The notes under the pieces are model-generated. The model did not search any database. It was given only the letters and a program-made list of their open reading frames with translations, and was not told the DNA's origin. From the sequence record NZ_CP137560.1: 64,000 nucleotides of DNA; one strand, written 5' to 3'. The DNA comes from a plasmid. Positions 33,865 to 44,864 of the stretch are shown one piece after another. The translations under genes were made by a program, and so were the position numbers. The first letter of the stretch is position 1. Each line of letters opens with the position of its first letter.

Positions 33865-34577
33865 ACTAAAACCTTGCTAAGCAATTGTGAATAATTGCGA
33901 TAGTTAGTATCAGGCATGGTCACGACCTCCATCATATGTTTCACTCTATCTGCCGCTCTATCGCCATAACGATTTCGAATAACATCCGATGGCAAGTTTG
34001 TGGTAACGATGGTAATCAGACGATTCTCATAACGAAATGCCAATAACTCTGCAAACGGGTTGCATTGCTGTCCATAGTTCAGAATCTTCTCTGGCTCCGC
34101 ACCCAAGTCGTCAATTGCCAAAAGTGCCTCTCTTTGATATCTCTGGAATTTCTTAGGCTCATTCACATAGACATTGCAAAGCTGAGTGGCAGATATGACT
34201 ACAAGACCAGCCGAAACTTGATGGGATGGGTTTGACTTGATAGGATCTTGTATATCCAATGATAAAACGAGTTTCTGAATAGCCTTGACTATTGTCGTCT
34301 TACCAGTCCCACCTAAACCACATAGCCATAACCCACACTTATAGCTATATCCCACAAGCCATCCTGAAATCATAGCCAAAGCATTCTCATGCTCAGGGCG
34401 ATGAATGTAATGAATACTGGCATCATTCACGCAATTTACATAAGCCTCCGTCAAGGCATAGTGGCAGAATGATTGGTTAAGGGGCAATCTGAAAATACCT
34501 TCTGGGGTTCGTGTTGAACGAAGGCGATTCATAATCCCAATCTGCTTAAATGTCAAATTCGTTTCTATTAATTCCAT
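33861..34577 (-). CDS. DnaC/IstB-like AAA+ ATPase (helicase-loader type)
   Basis: Walker A GLGGTGKTT, Walker B LLAIDDLGAE; 238 aa. Confidence 0.75.
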   Translation of the reverse strand: MELIETNLTFKQIGIMNRLRSTRTPEGIFRLPLNQSFCHYALTEAYVNCVNDASIHYIHRPEHENALAMISGWLVGYSYKCGLWLCGLGGTGKTTIVKAIQKLVLSLDIQDPIKSNPSHQVSAGLVVISATQLCNVYVNEPKKFQRYQREALLAIDDLGAEPEKILNYGQQCNPFAELLAFRYENRLITIVTTNLPSDVIRNRYGDRAADRVKHMMEVVTMPDTNYRNYSQLLSKVLV

Positions 34578-34602
34578 TTGTAATTGATGTATAAAATGTT
34601 AG

Positions 34603-35910
34603 TTAGAACTGATTTGTGTATATCTTTCCTGAACTTGATGACTTTGGGGTAAACTTGGAACCATACTCCAGAGTACCAGTTCGCGCCTTCTGTTTGTTGA
34701 CCCAATCACAGAAATGACTCATATAATCTTGAAAATTTTCATGGGAATCTTTTCCTCTGCACAGTATATCAAGCTCAAAAGATTCCAGTAAATGCCTAAC
34801 CACTTCAACTGAATCCAGCCGATAACGCTTACAAATACCTGAAAGCCATCTGCTGTTTTGGATCAAACTATCGTAGTAGCTTTCTTTGCTTGGTTTCTTT
34901 GCTTGGTTTCTTTCAACCTCCACCAATCCAGGGCTTTCTTGAAAAGCATCATACGCACACATACACGCGGATGATGATATTTTATCTTTTTCTTCTTTAT
35001 ATCTTTCTATATTATGTGTCAGTTGTTCGTCTCCACTTTGTCGGAAGTTCGTCGGTCGTATGTCTGTGCTTTGTCGGTTGTTTGTCACCAGTTTGTCACC
35101 TCTAAAATTTTCAGTCTTATAACCGTATGGTACACAACTGGTTACAGGATTACACCCGCTGGTTACTTCTTGTCCAAAATCAACATTTTGGAAATAAATA
35201 TTATTTTGTTGGACAAAGTTATTTTGGATAATGTTTGTGTTTGATTCTGTATTGTTAGAACTGTCTTGATAATGGCAATAATTAGAAATAGTGATAAGGT
35301 TGGAAAGGAAAGCAGAGTTTGGAAGGATTTCAATCTCACCTGTATTCTGTAACTTTTTGAGACAAGTCTTTATGCTTTGCACAGAAATACCAGTTTCATG
35401 TTGGAGGATATTCTTGCTGAGAGCCAGCTGAGCACGCCCAAGGGGACCATTAGGCAAATCTTGTCTCTGATAAGAGGCTCTTAAAAGCAAGTGAACAAAA
35501 AGGTGAACCATTTCAGCATTGGCATACCAACTCCAATCAAGAATCTTTCTATAAAGTTTAATCCACCCCACAGCATTGCTTTCTTCATCGAACTGCTGAA
35601 AACTACCATAATCCAGCATGGTAATAATAGTACCGCGGCTGTTGGAAACAATAGTAACTTCATTTGTTTTGGACAGCTTTTGCAAGCAAGTGCGCACATT
35701 ACGTGGTGAAAGACCTGTTCTGCCTGAAATCTGAGCATGGCTTGTCACCAATTGTCCAGGCATAATGGTCAAAGTTTTGTATTCGGTCTTTTTCACATTA
35801 GCCTGGAGCAACAAATACAGATATAGGTGAACCATATTGGACTCACTATACCATCGCCACGAAGTAAAACTTCTTGGCAGTTTTAGCCATGTACCATTTG
35901 TTTGTATCAT
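34603..35910 (-). CDS. DnaD/replisome-organiser-like replication initiator with duplicated N-terminal winged-helix domains
   Basis: Two tandem W.KL.R....W.WY....MVHL...LLL.A modules and a DnaD-like C-terminal region. Confidence 0.55.
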   Translation of the reverse strand: MIQTNGTWLKLPRSFTSWRWYSESNMVHLYLYLLLQANVKKTEYKTLTIMPGQLVTSHAQISGRTGLSPRNVRTCLQKLSKTNEVTIVSNSRGTIITMLDYGSFQQFDEESNAVGWIKLYRKILDWSWYANAEMVHLFVHLLLRASYQRQDLPNGPLGRAQLALSKNILQHETGISVQSIKTCLKKLQNTGEIEILPNSAFLSNLITISNYCHYQDSSNNTESNTNIIQNNFVQQNNIYFQNVDFGQEVTSGCNPVTSCVPYGYKTENFRGDKLVTNNRQSTDIRPTNFRQSGDEQLTHNIERYKEEKDKISSSACMCAYDAFQESPGLVEVERNQAKKPSKESYYDSLIQNSRWLSGICKRYRLDSVEVVRHLLESFELDILCRGKDSHENFQDYMSHFCDWVNKQKARTGTLEYGSKFTPKSSSSGKIYTNQF

Positions 35911-37082
35911 TTCATTTCATTTAAAAACACCTACTTGGTAGGTTGATAATTTATTAAGTTAGTTCCTGAACAATTTTAAAGGAGAGACTATTTCTACCAC
36001 TTTTTGTAGATAAAACAAGACTATCATCCAGGACTTTAACCACTCGGATCTGTGTGAGGTTTCTGCTTCCACGATGCCATCTCACAGAGGTGTTCTCTAT
36101 AATGTTTTTAATAATGGTCAATCGCTTCTTACAAGCGTCTGTTGAGTCTTGCCAATCATATACCGTTGGAGGAATCTTATATAGCAGACACACCATCCAG
36201 GTTGGTTTAGTATCACAATGTATTGTTTTCTTTATCTTATACATTAGGAATGCAATTTATAACACCTATTAGTCAAGAGCGTATATATCCCTTATGGGGA
36301 ATCATTCTGAAAATACCAATGATACTCCTTACTTAATTCTACATAAAAAGTAACTTAACTATATTTCAATCCTATGTTGATTTGACACAATATATATTTG
36401 GCCTTATTCTTCTATTTATTGCATCTATTTTCTTCTAGGTGTTGTTGTTAATACTTCTATTCTTGATATTATTATAATGTCAAACTATAAAAGTCTAAAC
36501 ATTTTTCATGTTGCAAAAATAATAAAATCCTATCATATCTATAATAAATATGTAATATATTAACATATTTTATAAACTTAAAGATACATATTTTAATAGC
36601 TTACTTACAATATGATTATTTTACATGACTTTTTAAGCCTAATTTTAACAAACTGTTACTTTAGTATATTATAACATTAGTTTATGATATAATCAGTATG
36701 CGTAGTCATAATGTCAACTATATTTGCTAATAAAGAAAAAAATACAGATAATATGACACGTATTTAAATCTTTATTCGTACCTTTGCATCGTCTTTCGAG
36801 ACATCATTTTCGTGGGAAAAAGTAAAGTGCCTCAACACTGTAAAATCGCCAAAATTTAACATTAATGCATGAGGCACGGAGCAACTCATATACGTGGGTT
36901 GTCTTTACGTTATTTGCTGCATTATGGGGTTTGGCGATTCCAACAGTGGGTATGGTAGGCAGCCCACTTTTTATTTTTAGGAATTTCAGTATTCAGAAAG
37001 GCTATAGGGAGGAAATAATTTTCAACAAAATAATATATATCCTTTATTTAATCATTTTTTTGCCAAATTATAATTTGACTAT

Positions 37083-37391
37083 ATGAACGGAAATGAACTA
37101 AGGAACATACTTGCAGCAAAGGGAATCATACATAAAGACCTTGCGGAGAAAATGGGCATCACACAATCTTGTTTCAGCCAATTGTTAAGAGCACAGGACA
37201 TACGAACAGGATTGCTGGAGAAGATTTGTGATATTTTGAATGTTCAAATGGATTTCTTTTATGGAGACACAAAATATCTAGCACAAAACAATCAACTCAT
37301 AAGAGAAGACATCAAGTCTCTAAGTAAACAACTGGACAAGATACAAATCCAGTGTTCTCAAATCATTTATCAAAATACTAAAGCCAGGTAA
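37083..37391 (+). CDS. XRE-family helix-turn-helix transcriptional regulator
   Basis: ELRNILAAKGIIHKDLAEKMGITQSCFSQLLRAQDIRTGLLEKICDILNV classic HTH_XRE; the TAccTTTGcatcg promoter motif lies ~300 bp upstream. Confidence 0.6.
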   Translation: MNGNELRNILAAKGIIHKDLAEKMGITQSCFSQLLRAQDIRTGLLEKICDILNVQMDFFYGDTKYLAQNNQLIREDIKSLSKQLDKIQIQCSQIIYQNTKAR

Positions 37392-37473
37392 AAGATATAT
37401 ATAAAGACGCCCTCATAGCCAAGTATATCTCAACTTTAGCATGAGGGCTTACAAAAATGTTAGACAAAGACTT

Positions 37474-38646
37474 TTATCCCTTGATGACGGCAATAGGCAG
37501 AAGATGGGTTCTTATTTTAACCAAGTCCATCTCTTGTGATAGAACCTCCTCGATGTTCTTATATGCAGAAGCAGCTTCCTCCAAATCCTGCTGGCATCTG
37601 ATGGCATGAACGATGCCTTTTTCTTCAAGCTTGTTAATCTCATCCTCAAGGTTCAATGTTCTCACGGCCTCGGTACGGCTCATGGCTCTACCTGCCCCAT
37701 GGGAACAACTCATAAAACTCAGTGGATTGCCAAGTCCCTCCACAATGTAGCTGCTGGTACCTTGTGAACCTGGTATGATTCCAATTTCACCCTCACGTGC
37801 GCTAGTTGCTCCTTTTCTATGCACTATACACATATCGTCAAAATGGGTTTCCCATGCCGCATAGTTATGGGCAATATTAATCATGGACTCAAACGTCACT
37901 TCCGGTAAGGCATCAGCAATGACTTCTTCTATACGCTCCATCATCAGTTTTCTATTGCACAGTCCAAAAGCTATGCAGTATTCCATCTCATGCCAATAAT
38001 CATTGAATTCCTGTGTCTTCAACGGAAGGAAAGGTAAATTGATCTCTGGCTTGACCACAGAGAAATATCTCTCATTGAGCACGGCAGCCTTATTGTTATA
38101 ATAGTCACCAACTTGCTTGCCTAGGTTTCTGGAACCTGAATGAATCATAATCCAAAGAAAGCCCTCGTCATCTTTCTGCAACTCTATGAAATGATTGCCT
38201 CCTCCAAGTGTACCCACCTGTTTGGTGGCTGAAACATATTGACGCTTGACCACTGTCATATTCTCAATATCAAATTCTTGAGGCATATACTTCTCGTCCT
38301 GGGCCGTCTTGTGATGTTCCATTCCAAGAGGTATCTGCTTTCTGATTCCACGCATAATTTTCTTGCGTAGAACGTCCTGTGCTATGGTCTCTACCTTAAT
38401 ATTAGTCTTAACTGCACACATGCCACATCCAATGTCCACGCCAACGGCATTTGGTATCACGGCATTCTTAGTTGCCAATACTGAGCCGATAGGCATACCT
38501 TTACCACCGTGCAAGTCTGGCATAAGCGCCAAGTGGTGATACAAAAAAGGCAAGCTACAGAGGTTCGTTATTTGCCTCCACGCCGTTGCATCACAAACAG
38601 ATGCCCACATCTTAACAGGGGTGTTATTAATCAAAAATTCTTTCAT
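37474..38646 (-). CDS. rtcB: RNA ligase RtcB
   Basis: 390 aa; HGGKGMPIGSVLATKNAVIPNAVGVDIGCGM, NIAHNYAAWE and SCSHGAGRAMSRTEA motifs of the RtcB family. Confidence 0.9.
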   Translation of the reverse strand: MKEFLINNTPVKMWASVCDATAWRQITNLCSLPFLYHHLALMPDLHGGKGMPIGSVLATKNAVIPNAVGVDIGCGMCAVKTNIKVETIAQDVLRKKIMRGIRKQIPLGMEHHKTAQDEKYMPQEFDIENMTVVKRQYVSATKQVGTLGGGNHFIELQKDDEGFLWIMIHSGSRNLGKQVGDYYNNKAAVLNERYFSVVKPEINLPFLPLKTQEFNDYWHEMEYCIAFGLCNRKLMMERIEEVIADALPEVTFESMINIAHNYAAWETHFDDMCIVHRKGATSAREGEIGIIPGSQGTSSYIVEGLGNPLSFMSCSHGAGRAMSRTEAVRTLNLEDEINKLEEKGIVHAIRCQQDLEEAASAYKNIEEVLSQEMDLVKIRTHLLPIAVIKG

Positions 38647-38901
38647 TACTATAGTCTCCTATTCTTTAAAATTTGTACTGCAAAATTAGTCTATAAGTGC
38701 GCAGTATTTTTGCGCAGTTGGAAATAATTTCTTGCTTGGGTCAAAAAAAACTTAAGTGCGCAGATAGATTGCGCAGTTTTTGTTTCTCTTTGCAGCTTAA
38801 GAACAAAAGAATAGGATTATGATATTATAAGGTGGAGAATTGTCTCTCCACCTCTTTATGTTTATACTCAAATCCTTTATATGTTATTGCATGGATATCA
38901 A

Positions 38902-39276
38902 CTACTCTGTTGGGGAGTATGCCAATATTCCAACTTGCATCCTAGTCAGATTGTATATGTCCTCGATAACAGACCAGGAGCATTTGTCTGAACCAAACAT
39001 CTTCTGAGCTTGAATCAGTTGATGCAGTTCTTTTTGTATGTCTCGCTTACCGTAAGGAATACGAAGCACCATGTTGATGGTGCTGGCCAGTCTAGCTGAA
39101 GGATTTAGTAATGCATGCATAAAGAACACATTCAGATCACTATCACAATCATTTATAGCGAACCTATAGTTTCCTGTTTCCAAAATTTTGCAGATGTTCG
39201 TATATCCTTGTGCCCCAGCAATGATTATATCACCATCAAAGAAGAAATCCAATATATCTTTTTTCTCTTCATCCAT
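38902..39276 (-). CDS. hypothetical protein
   Basis: 124 aa ORF. Confidence 0.3.
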   Translation of the reverse strand: MDEEKKDILDFFFDGDIIIAGAQGYTNICKILETGNYRFAINDCDSDLNVFFMHALLNPSARLASTINMVLRIPYGKRDIQKELHQLIQAQKMFGSDKCSWSVIEDIYNLTRMQVGILAYSPTE

Positions 39277-39301
39277 ATAGTAATATTTTAAATCATCATG
39301 C

Positions 39302-39754
39302 TTAAAAAGGAATCACTATACCAGGATTGTGCGATAACAATGTTTTCTCCTGGAAGTATGAAGGATTGTATGAAATGATCCTTTTACCTCCATAATGCGT
39401 AGAGGAGAACAGAGACTTGCATCTATCTTCCCAGTTTTTGAAAGCCTTTTCCGAATATACTTTTTGTGGGTACAGTTCGTCGAGTTCTTTTTCCCGGCCT
39501 ACTTTCTCATTGAGAAATGATGGTCGTGAATTTCCTTGCTCGTCATATTTGCTCTTGGAGCACAACACGTAGGAAGAGAATGGCATTTCCCTGGATTTTT
39601 TCTCCATCCAATCAACACCCTTAATCAGACTTTCCATGTGAGCTTCCCTTATTCTAACCCATGCTCGCCTTGTTGGTTTTGCTGTTTCTTGCATGAAGTC
39701 AGAATATGCCCATTTTTTAAGTGGCCCCAGAAATAATTTAATCATTGCCGACAT
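39302..39754 (-). CDS. hypothetical protein
   Basis: 150 aa ORF. Confidence 0.3.
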   Translation of the reverse strand: MSAMIKLFLGPLKKWAYSDFMQETAKPTRRAWVRIREAHMESLIKGVDWMEKKSREMPFSSYVLCSKSKYDEQGNSRPSFLNEKVGREKELDELYPQKVYSEKAFKNWEDRCKSLFSSTHYGGKRIISYNPSYFQEKTLLSHNPGIVIPF

Positions 39755-39776
39755 TTTTGCATTTTTTTAGCTGGAT

Positions 39777-41327
39777 TTGTACATTCTATCATATTATTTT
39801 GTATCTTTGCCAAAAGGATGGAAAGTTGCCATTCTTCTCACGCTTTTAGATATGAGAAAAATTGTTTTAGTCGTTTTATTAACCATGTGTATGATGATGG
39901 AAGCAAAGATACGTAAACCTGCCGTAGCAGGACAATTTTATGCAGGCGATACCCGGGAACTTCGCCATGACTTGAAGGAGTGTTTTCTGCAATGCAAGGC
40001 TTCACCCTTGAAACCTGTGCAAGCTATCATTGTCCCACATGCCGGTTATGTCTTCTCTGGCGTAACCACAGCATCTGCTTTTGCCTGCATCCAACCAGAC
40101 GCACAATATGAACACATTTTCTTGTTGGGACCTAGTCATCATGTTTATCTTGACAAGGCTTCGGTGAATATTGAAGCGACAGAATATGCAACGCCACTTG
40201 GTAATGTCCCGGTGGATACTGCACTCTGCAAATCTCTGTTGGAACAGAGCGATGCTTTTACCTATAATAATAAGGCACACGACAGCGAGCACTGTCTGGA
40301 AGTGGAGCTTCCTTTCTTGCAGTATCACTTCAAGAAGGTAGTTCCCATCGTTCCAATCATCATTGCCACGCAAAAGTTGAGCATACTTCAAAAGATAGCC
40401 CGTGTCCTCCAGCCATATATGAACGAAAGAAATCTGTTTGTCATCAGTAGTGATTTCTCACATTATCCAGCTTATCTTGATGCCAAAAGGGTGGATGGAC
40501 TTACTAAGGATGCCATCATGACGGGCAAGGCGGAAGCATTCGTAAAAGCCATCTTGCACAACCAGGAATTGAACATCAACAGTCTTGCCACAAGTGCTTG
40601 TGGAGAAGCGGCTATTGCCACACTCCTGATGATGACAGAAAATGATGCCAACATCCATCCACATCACATCATGTACCGCAATTCGGGTGATTCGCCCTAC
40701 GGAGGAAAGGATAGGGTAGTAGGGTATCATTCATTTATCTTTACAAGAGATGAAGTAAAGCCGGTTGAATCAAGAGAAAAAGACGAGGCAAACTTTTCAC
40801 TAAGTGACGAAGACAAAAAGATGCTCAAGGAGATAGCTTACGATGCCATCAGGATGACCTTGGAGGGTAGGAGTTATCAATTTCCCAGCCATCTGTCGGA
40901 AAAACTAAAGACCCTATGTGGAGCTTTTGTATCTCTGCATAAGCACGGCAGGCTGAGAGGTTGCATCGGACATTTCGGAGAGGATATGCCACTTTATAAG
41001 ACGGTCTGCCAAATGGCGAAGGCTGCAGCCTTTGAAGACCCAAGATTTCCAGCAGTCAATATAACCGAGCTTCCAGACATCGACATAGAGATTTCCGTGC
41101 TTACCCCGATGAAGCGCATCCATTCCATCGACAAATTTCAACTGGGCAAGCAAGGCATTTACATGCGTAAGGGCAATCGTGCAGGAACCTTCTTGCCACA
41201 AGTTGCCGATGAGGTGTCTTGGACTAAGGAGGAATTTCTCGGACATTGTGCGCAAGATAAAGCTGGCATTGGCTGGGAAGGCTGGAGAACTGCCGAACTT
41301 TATACCTACGAGGCAATCATATTCTGA
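39777..41327 (+). CDS. AmmeMemoRadiSam system fusion protein: MEMO1-like (system protein B) N-terminal domain plus AMMECR1 (system protein A) C-terminal domain
   Basis: AVAGQFYAGD...IVPHAGYVFSG...FLLGPSHH (Memo family) then LCGAFVSLHKHGRLRGCIGHF (AMMECR1); true start may be the internal MRKIVL at ~39852. Confidence 0.8.
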   Translation: MYILSYYFVSLPKGWKVAILLTLLDMRKIVLVVLLTMCMMMEAKIRKPAVAGQFYAGDTRELRHDLKECFLQCKASPLKPVQAIIVPHAGYVFSGVTTASAFACIQPDAQYEHIFLLGPSHHVYLDKASVNIEATEYATPLGNVPVDTALCKSLLEQSDAFTYNNKAHDSEHCLEVELPFLQYHFKKVVPIVPIIIATQKLSILQKIARVLQPYMNERNLFVISSDFSHYPAYLDAKRVDGLTKDAIMTGKAEAFVKAILHNQELNINSLATSACGEAAIATLLMMTENDANIHPHHIMYRNSGDSPYGGKDRVVGYHSFIFTRDEVKPVESREKDEANFSLSDEDKKMLKEIAYDAIRMTLEGRSYQFPSHLSEKLKTLCGAFVSLHKHGRLRGCIGHFGEDMPLYKTVCQMAKAAAFEDPRFPAVNITELPDIDIEISVLTPMKRIHSIDKFQLGKQGIYMRKGNRAGTFLPQVADEVSWTKEEFLGHCAQDKAGIGWEGWRTAELYTYEAIIF

Positions 41328-41381
41328 TTTTAAACATCCAAAGAATTCAAAATCGTATGATAAAACAAAAGGTTAGGAAAC

Positions 41382-42269
41382 ATGAAGGAATGTAGATATT
41401 ATACGAAGATAGAGGAGGGCAAAGATGGAGGCAAGAGCCTGAAGGTAAGATGCGAGCTTTGCCCCCATCGTTGCGTCATCCCGGATGGAAAGCATGGGAT
41501 ATGTGGAAGCCGATGGAATTTCAAGGGCAAATTGTATTCCATTGTTTATGGCAAGCCATGTGCCTTGGCAGATGACCCTGTCGAGAAGAAGCCTCTCAAT
41601 GAGTTTCATCCCGGCACCCGATGCCTGTCCTTGTCATGTACGGGGTGTAACTTTCGGTGTCTTAACTGTCAGAACTATGACATTTCGCAAGCGCTGCCCT
41701 CTGATGTGAATTTTTATGAGCTATCACCCCATGAAATTGTTGACATCGCCATGCAGCATCATCTGCCAGGAATCGCATTTACCTATACAGAGCCTCTTAC
41801 CTATTATGAGTATATCCATGACATAGCGAAGGTATCACATGAGTATGGGCTATGGAATATTCTCGTCTCGGCAGGTTACATCAATCCAGAGCCCTTGCAG
41901 GAGCTCCTTCCTTATATAGATGCCGCTAACATAGACATCAAGGCTTTCTCCGATACGATGTATATGCATCAATGTGGTGGACATCTAAAACCAGTACTTG
42001 ATACCTTGCTAGCCATGCAGAAGTCTGATGTTCATCTGGAGATAACCAATCTCTTGATTCCAGGTGTCAATGATAGTGAGAAGATGATCAGGAAGATGTG
42101 CCGCTGGCTCGTCTCGAATGGCTTTGCCCAGAATCCACTACATTTCAGCAGGTTCTTCCCTCTTTATAAGATGCAGGATGCTTCTCCAACGCCAAAAGAA
42201 ACCATATATTTGGCAAAAAGGGTTGCATTGGAAGAAGGGATGAAATTTATTTACTTGGGAAATATATAG
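41382..42269 (+). CDS. AmmeMemoRadiSam system radical SAM enzyme
   Basis: N-terminal CELCPHRC...C cluster plus CTGCNFRCLNC radical-SAM CxxxCxxC motif; immediately downstream of the Memo/AMMECR1 gene. Confidence 0.85.
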   Translation: MKECRYYTKIEEGKDGGKSLKVRCELCPHRCVIPDGKHGICGSRWNFKGKLYSIVYGKPCALADDPVEKKPLNEFHPGTRCLSLSCTGCNFRCLNCQNYDISQALPSDVNFYELSPHEIVDIAMQHHLPGIAFTYTEPLTYYEYIHDIAKVSHEYGLWNILVSAGYINPEPLQELLPYIDAANIDIKAFSDTMYMHQCGGHLKPVLDTLLAMQKSDVHLEITNLLIPGVNDSEKMIRKMCRWLVSNGFAQNPLHFSRFFPLYKMQDASPTPKETIYLAKRVALEEGMKFIYLGNI

Positions 42270-42439
42270 CAAATATATGATACCTGCACCATTCCATTTG
42301 TACCGATTGGAGCTATCATTGGCAGCAGCCGTGACAAGCTCTTCGTTATCAGCAAGGTCTGGAATACATGTACACATAAGGATGATTATGATAAATTATC
42401 TTTACGCCCTTATTCCTTGAACAAATATAGAAGTTTGTT

Positions 42440-42814
42440 ATGGATAGCTTATGGCTACGTATGATGATGAATCCTGGAGGCACCCAATATCTGCCTCAGA
42501 ACATCAACGGCATGAATATTCTGCCATTGTTCTATGGTAAGCAGATTGATACAGACGACCGAGTTCTTTATTGGGAATTCCCAGGTAAGCAGCGTGCTGC
42601 GCGCCACGGTGACTGGAAGGCTGTTACCATCAAGCCTAACAAGCCTCTGGAACTCTACAATCTGCATGAAGACCCAGAAGAGAAGCATGATCTCGCCAAG
42701 AAATATCCGGAAATGGTAATCGGTTTTGACAAGGTGATGAAGGAAATGCGTACTCCATCAGAGAACTGGCCAATACCGGAAGATGCGGAAAGTGGGAAAA
42801 GTAATCGGCTTTGA
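42440..42814 (+). pseudogene. sulfatase C-terminal fragment (gene remnant)
   Basis: LYWEFPGK...RHGDWKAV...LELYNLHEDPEEKHDLAKKYPE matches the conserved sulfatase C-terminal region; no N-terminal catalytic domain upstream. Confidence 0.55.
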
Positions 42815-42941
42815 GTAAATATCAGTCACGCTATCTTTCAATTTAACATTCAACATTTCTCTTTCAGCATATTCCAAAGGAACAGCGCAACCATGCTCCT
42901 ACCACCACATTGGCGCACGCTCCACAGTACCAGCGAAGAAA

Positions 42942-43178
42942 TCAAACACAGCGCCTATAGTCCCCACATGACAATGGATGTTCGAGAGTACGTCCATTTT
43001 CCTGCTTTGGCGCTGTCATACCAATCCAGAGGAGATCAGGGTTAGCCGCATTGATAGCATCAATGATAGCCTTATTATAAGAATGAGCATTTACAGTATT
43101 AATGAGCAATTTGCCCTCTGGCAGCGAGGCGAGTTCCGCCTTACTACCCAAAATATCCAAAGATTTTAAACAAAACAT
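42942..43178 (-). pseudogene. WecB/TagA/CpsF-type glycosyltransferase fragment
   Basis: INTVNAHSY ... PDLLWIGMTAPKQE motifs are ~20 aa apart instead of ~130, implying an internally deleted remnant. Confidence 0.3.
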
Positions 43179-43457
43179 TATAGTAATTTTTTAATTATCA
43201 AATATAAGCGAAGCTAAAGGAGTCTCAATCATAAGAATTTTACAGCGCCTTTCCAACCTCCGATAGGGAAACACCACAAAAACAGCAATCCTCTAGCAAG
43301 GCGGTCCCATCCCGCACAAAAAACTGACGAGACCTCTGATGGTCCGTCAACCCTAAAGCGAAGCGGTTAAGAGCGACAGGAGGGAGCGGTTACATCCTCT
43401 CCCTTCTGAGAAGGGCAGAGGCTTGGAGAGGGATGTGGAGCCCTCTTTGGAAAGAGC

Positions 43458-44719
43458 GGGCACTGAAAAAGTCCCTTTTGGGGTTATGGTAGTTTAACAT
43501 TCTGCTTTTAAAAGAGCCTCCCTAAAAGTTGCATATGTGCAATATTTTTTGTATCTTTGTAGGAAAATGCAAGGACTATGCTAGAGCAACAACAGACCAT
43601 ATCATTCAGTGATTATTCAAGTTTGTATGACTTGATTATCCCAAAAGACAACCTGCTCCGCCAGATTAATGACCTGATGGACTTTAGTTTCGTATACCAG
43701 GAATTGCAAGACAAGTATTGTCATGACAATGGTCGTACAGCAGAGAGTCCTATTCGTATGTTTAAGTATCTCCTTTTAAAGGTGATCTATAACATATCGG
43801 ATGAGGATGCCCGTACAGGACATAAAACAGCTCATTCTTCATTCTTTGGCTATAAGACGCATATGGCTATGAGCGATGAGAGAATTATCACCGCAGCTGC
43901 TGTCACTTCCAGCGAGAAGGGTGATGGACAGTAATTGCCAGAATTGATAAAAAAGACAGAGGAAGCAGGAATGGAAGTTGATTCCATAGTAGCAGATAAG
44001 GCATATTCCAGCAAGGAGGATCTCAAAATGGCAAAGGAAAACAATATGCGCCTCTCTGCTCGTTTAAGCTCTGCAATTGATGGTAAACGAACAAACAAAC
44101 TCCCTTTTGAATACAATAAGGATGCAGATCTGTACGTCTGCCCAGCAGGGCATCTGGCGAAATGGAAAGAGATGAATAATCGCAAAAATGACAAGCGTCA
44201 CAGAAACTCCAGCATTTTATTTTGATGTGGACAAATGCAAGGTCTGTCCATTACGTGAAGGTTGCTACAAGGAAGGAGCCAAGACAAAAACATATGCGGT
44301 TATCATCAAATCGGATGAACAGTTGGAGCAAATCGAATATCAAAAAACAGAAGAGTTTATAAATCTTTAGAGGAAACGATACAAGATAGAAGCCAAGAAC
44401 TCCGAACTTAAGAATGTCTTAGGATATGACAGAGCCCTGTCATACGGTTTGTCGTGCATGGAAATGCAGGGAGCTTTGATTATTTTCGCTGCAAATGTGA
44501 AGAGAATCATCAAGTTGATGCAAAATGCATAAGGGGGAAGCAGATTCCTCTATATATTGCCGAATTAAGCGCCAGAAAACGCTATAGAAAGCTATTTGGG
44601 GCTATATTCCTGTCCCAAAAAGTATTCCACTTTTTTTAAAAGATGAAATGCTTCTTGGTCAAGAATTAAAGTTCAAAAACAAGCTATGCAACTTAAAATT
44701 GGGTACCTTTTTCAGTGCC
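43458..44719. mobile_element. decayed IS1182/IS5-family insertion sequence with ~18-bp terminal inverted repeats
   Basis: Left end GGGCACTGAAAAAGTCCC vs right end GGGTACCTTTTTCAGTGCC (reverse complement); only ~1.26 kb, with a broken transposase. Confidence 0.6.
43578..44640 (+). pseudogene. IS1182-family transposase interrupted by an in-frame stop (after ...KGDGQ) and at least two frameshifts
   Basis: DUF772-like N-terminus (MFKYLLLKVIYNISDEDA), DDE-region fragments, C-terminal RYKIEAKNSELKNVLGYDRA in a third frame. Confidence 0.55.
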
Positions 44720-44864
44720 TTCACTGGGCTAGGAACTTTTGGGCCTTCAGCCCGTACTTGAACCACATGCGAAGCTTCGTGTTAATATAGGTTAACTTCA
44801 TTAACAAAAACACTTCTTTTCCGTTTATGTAGTAGTTTTGAACAAATAAAACAAGTGAGAGCAA

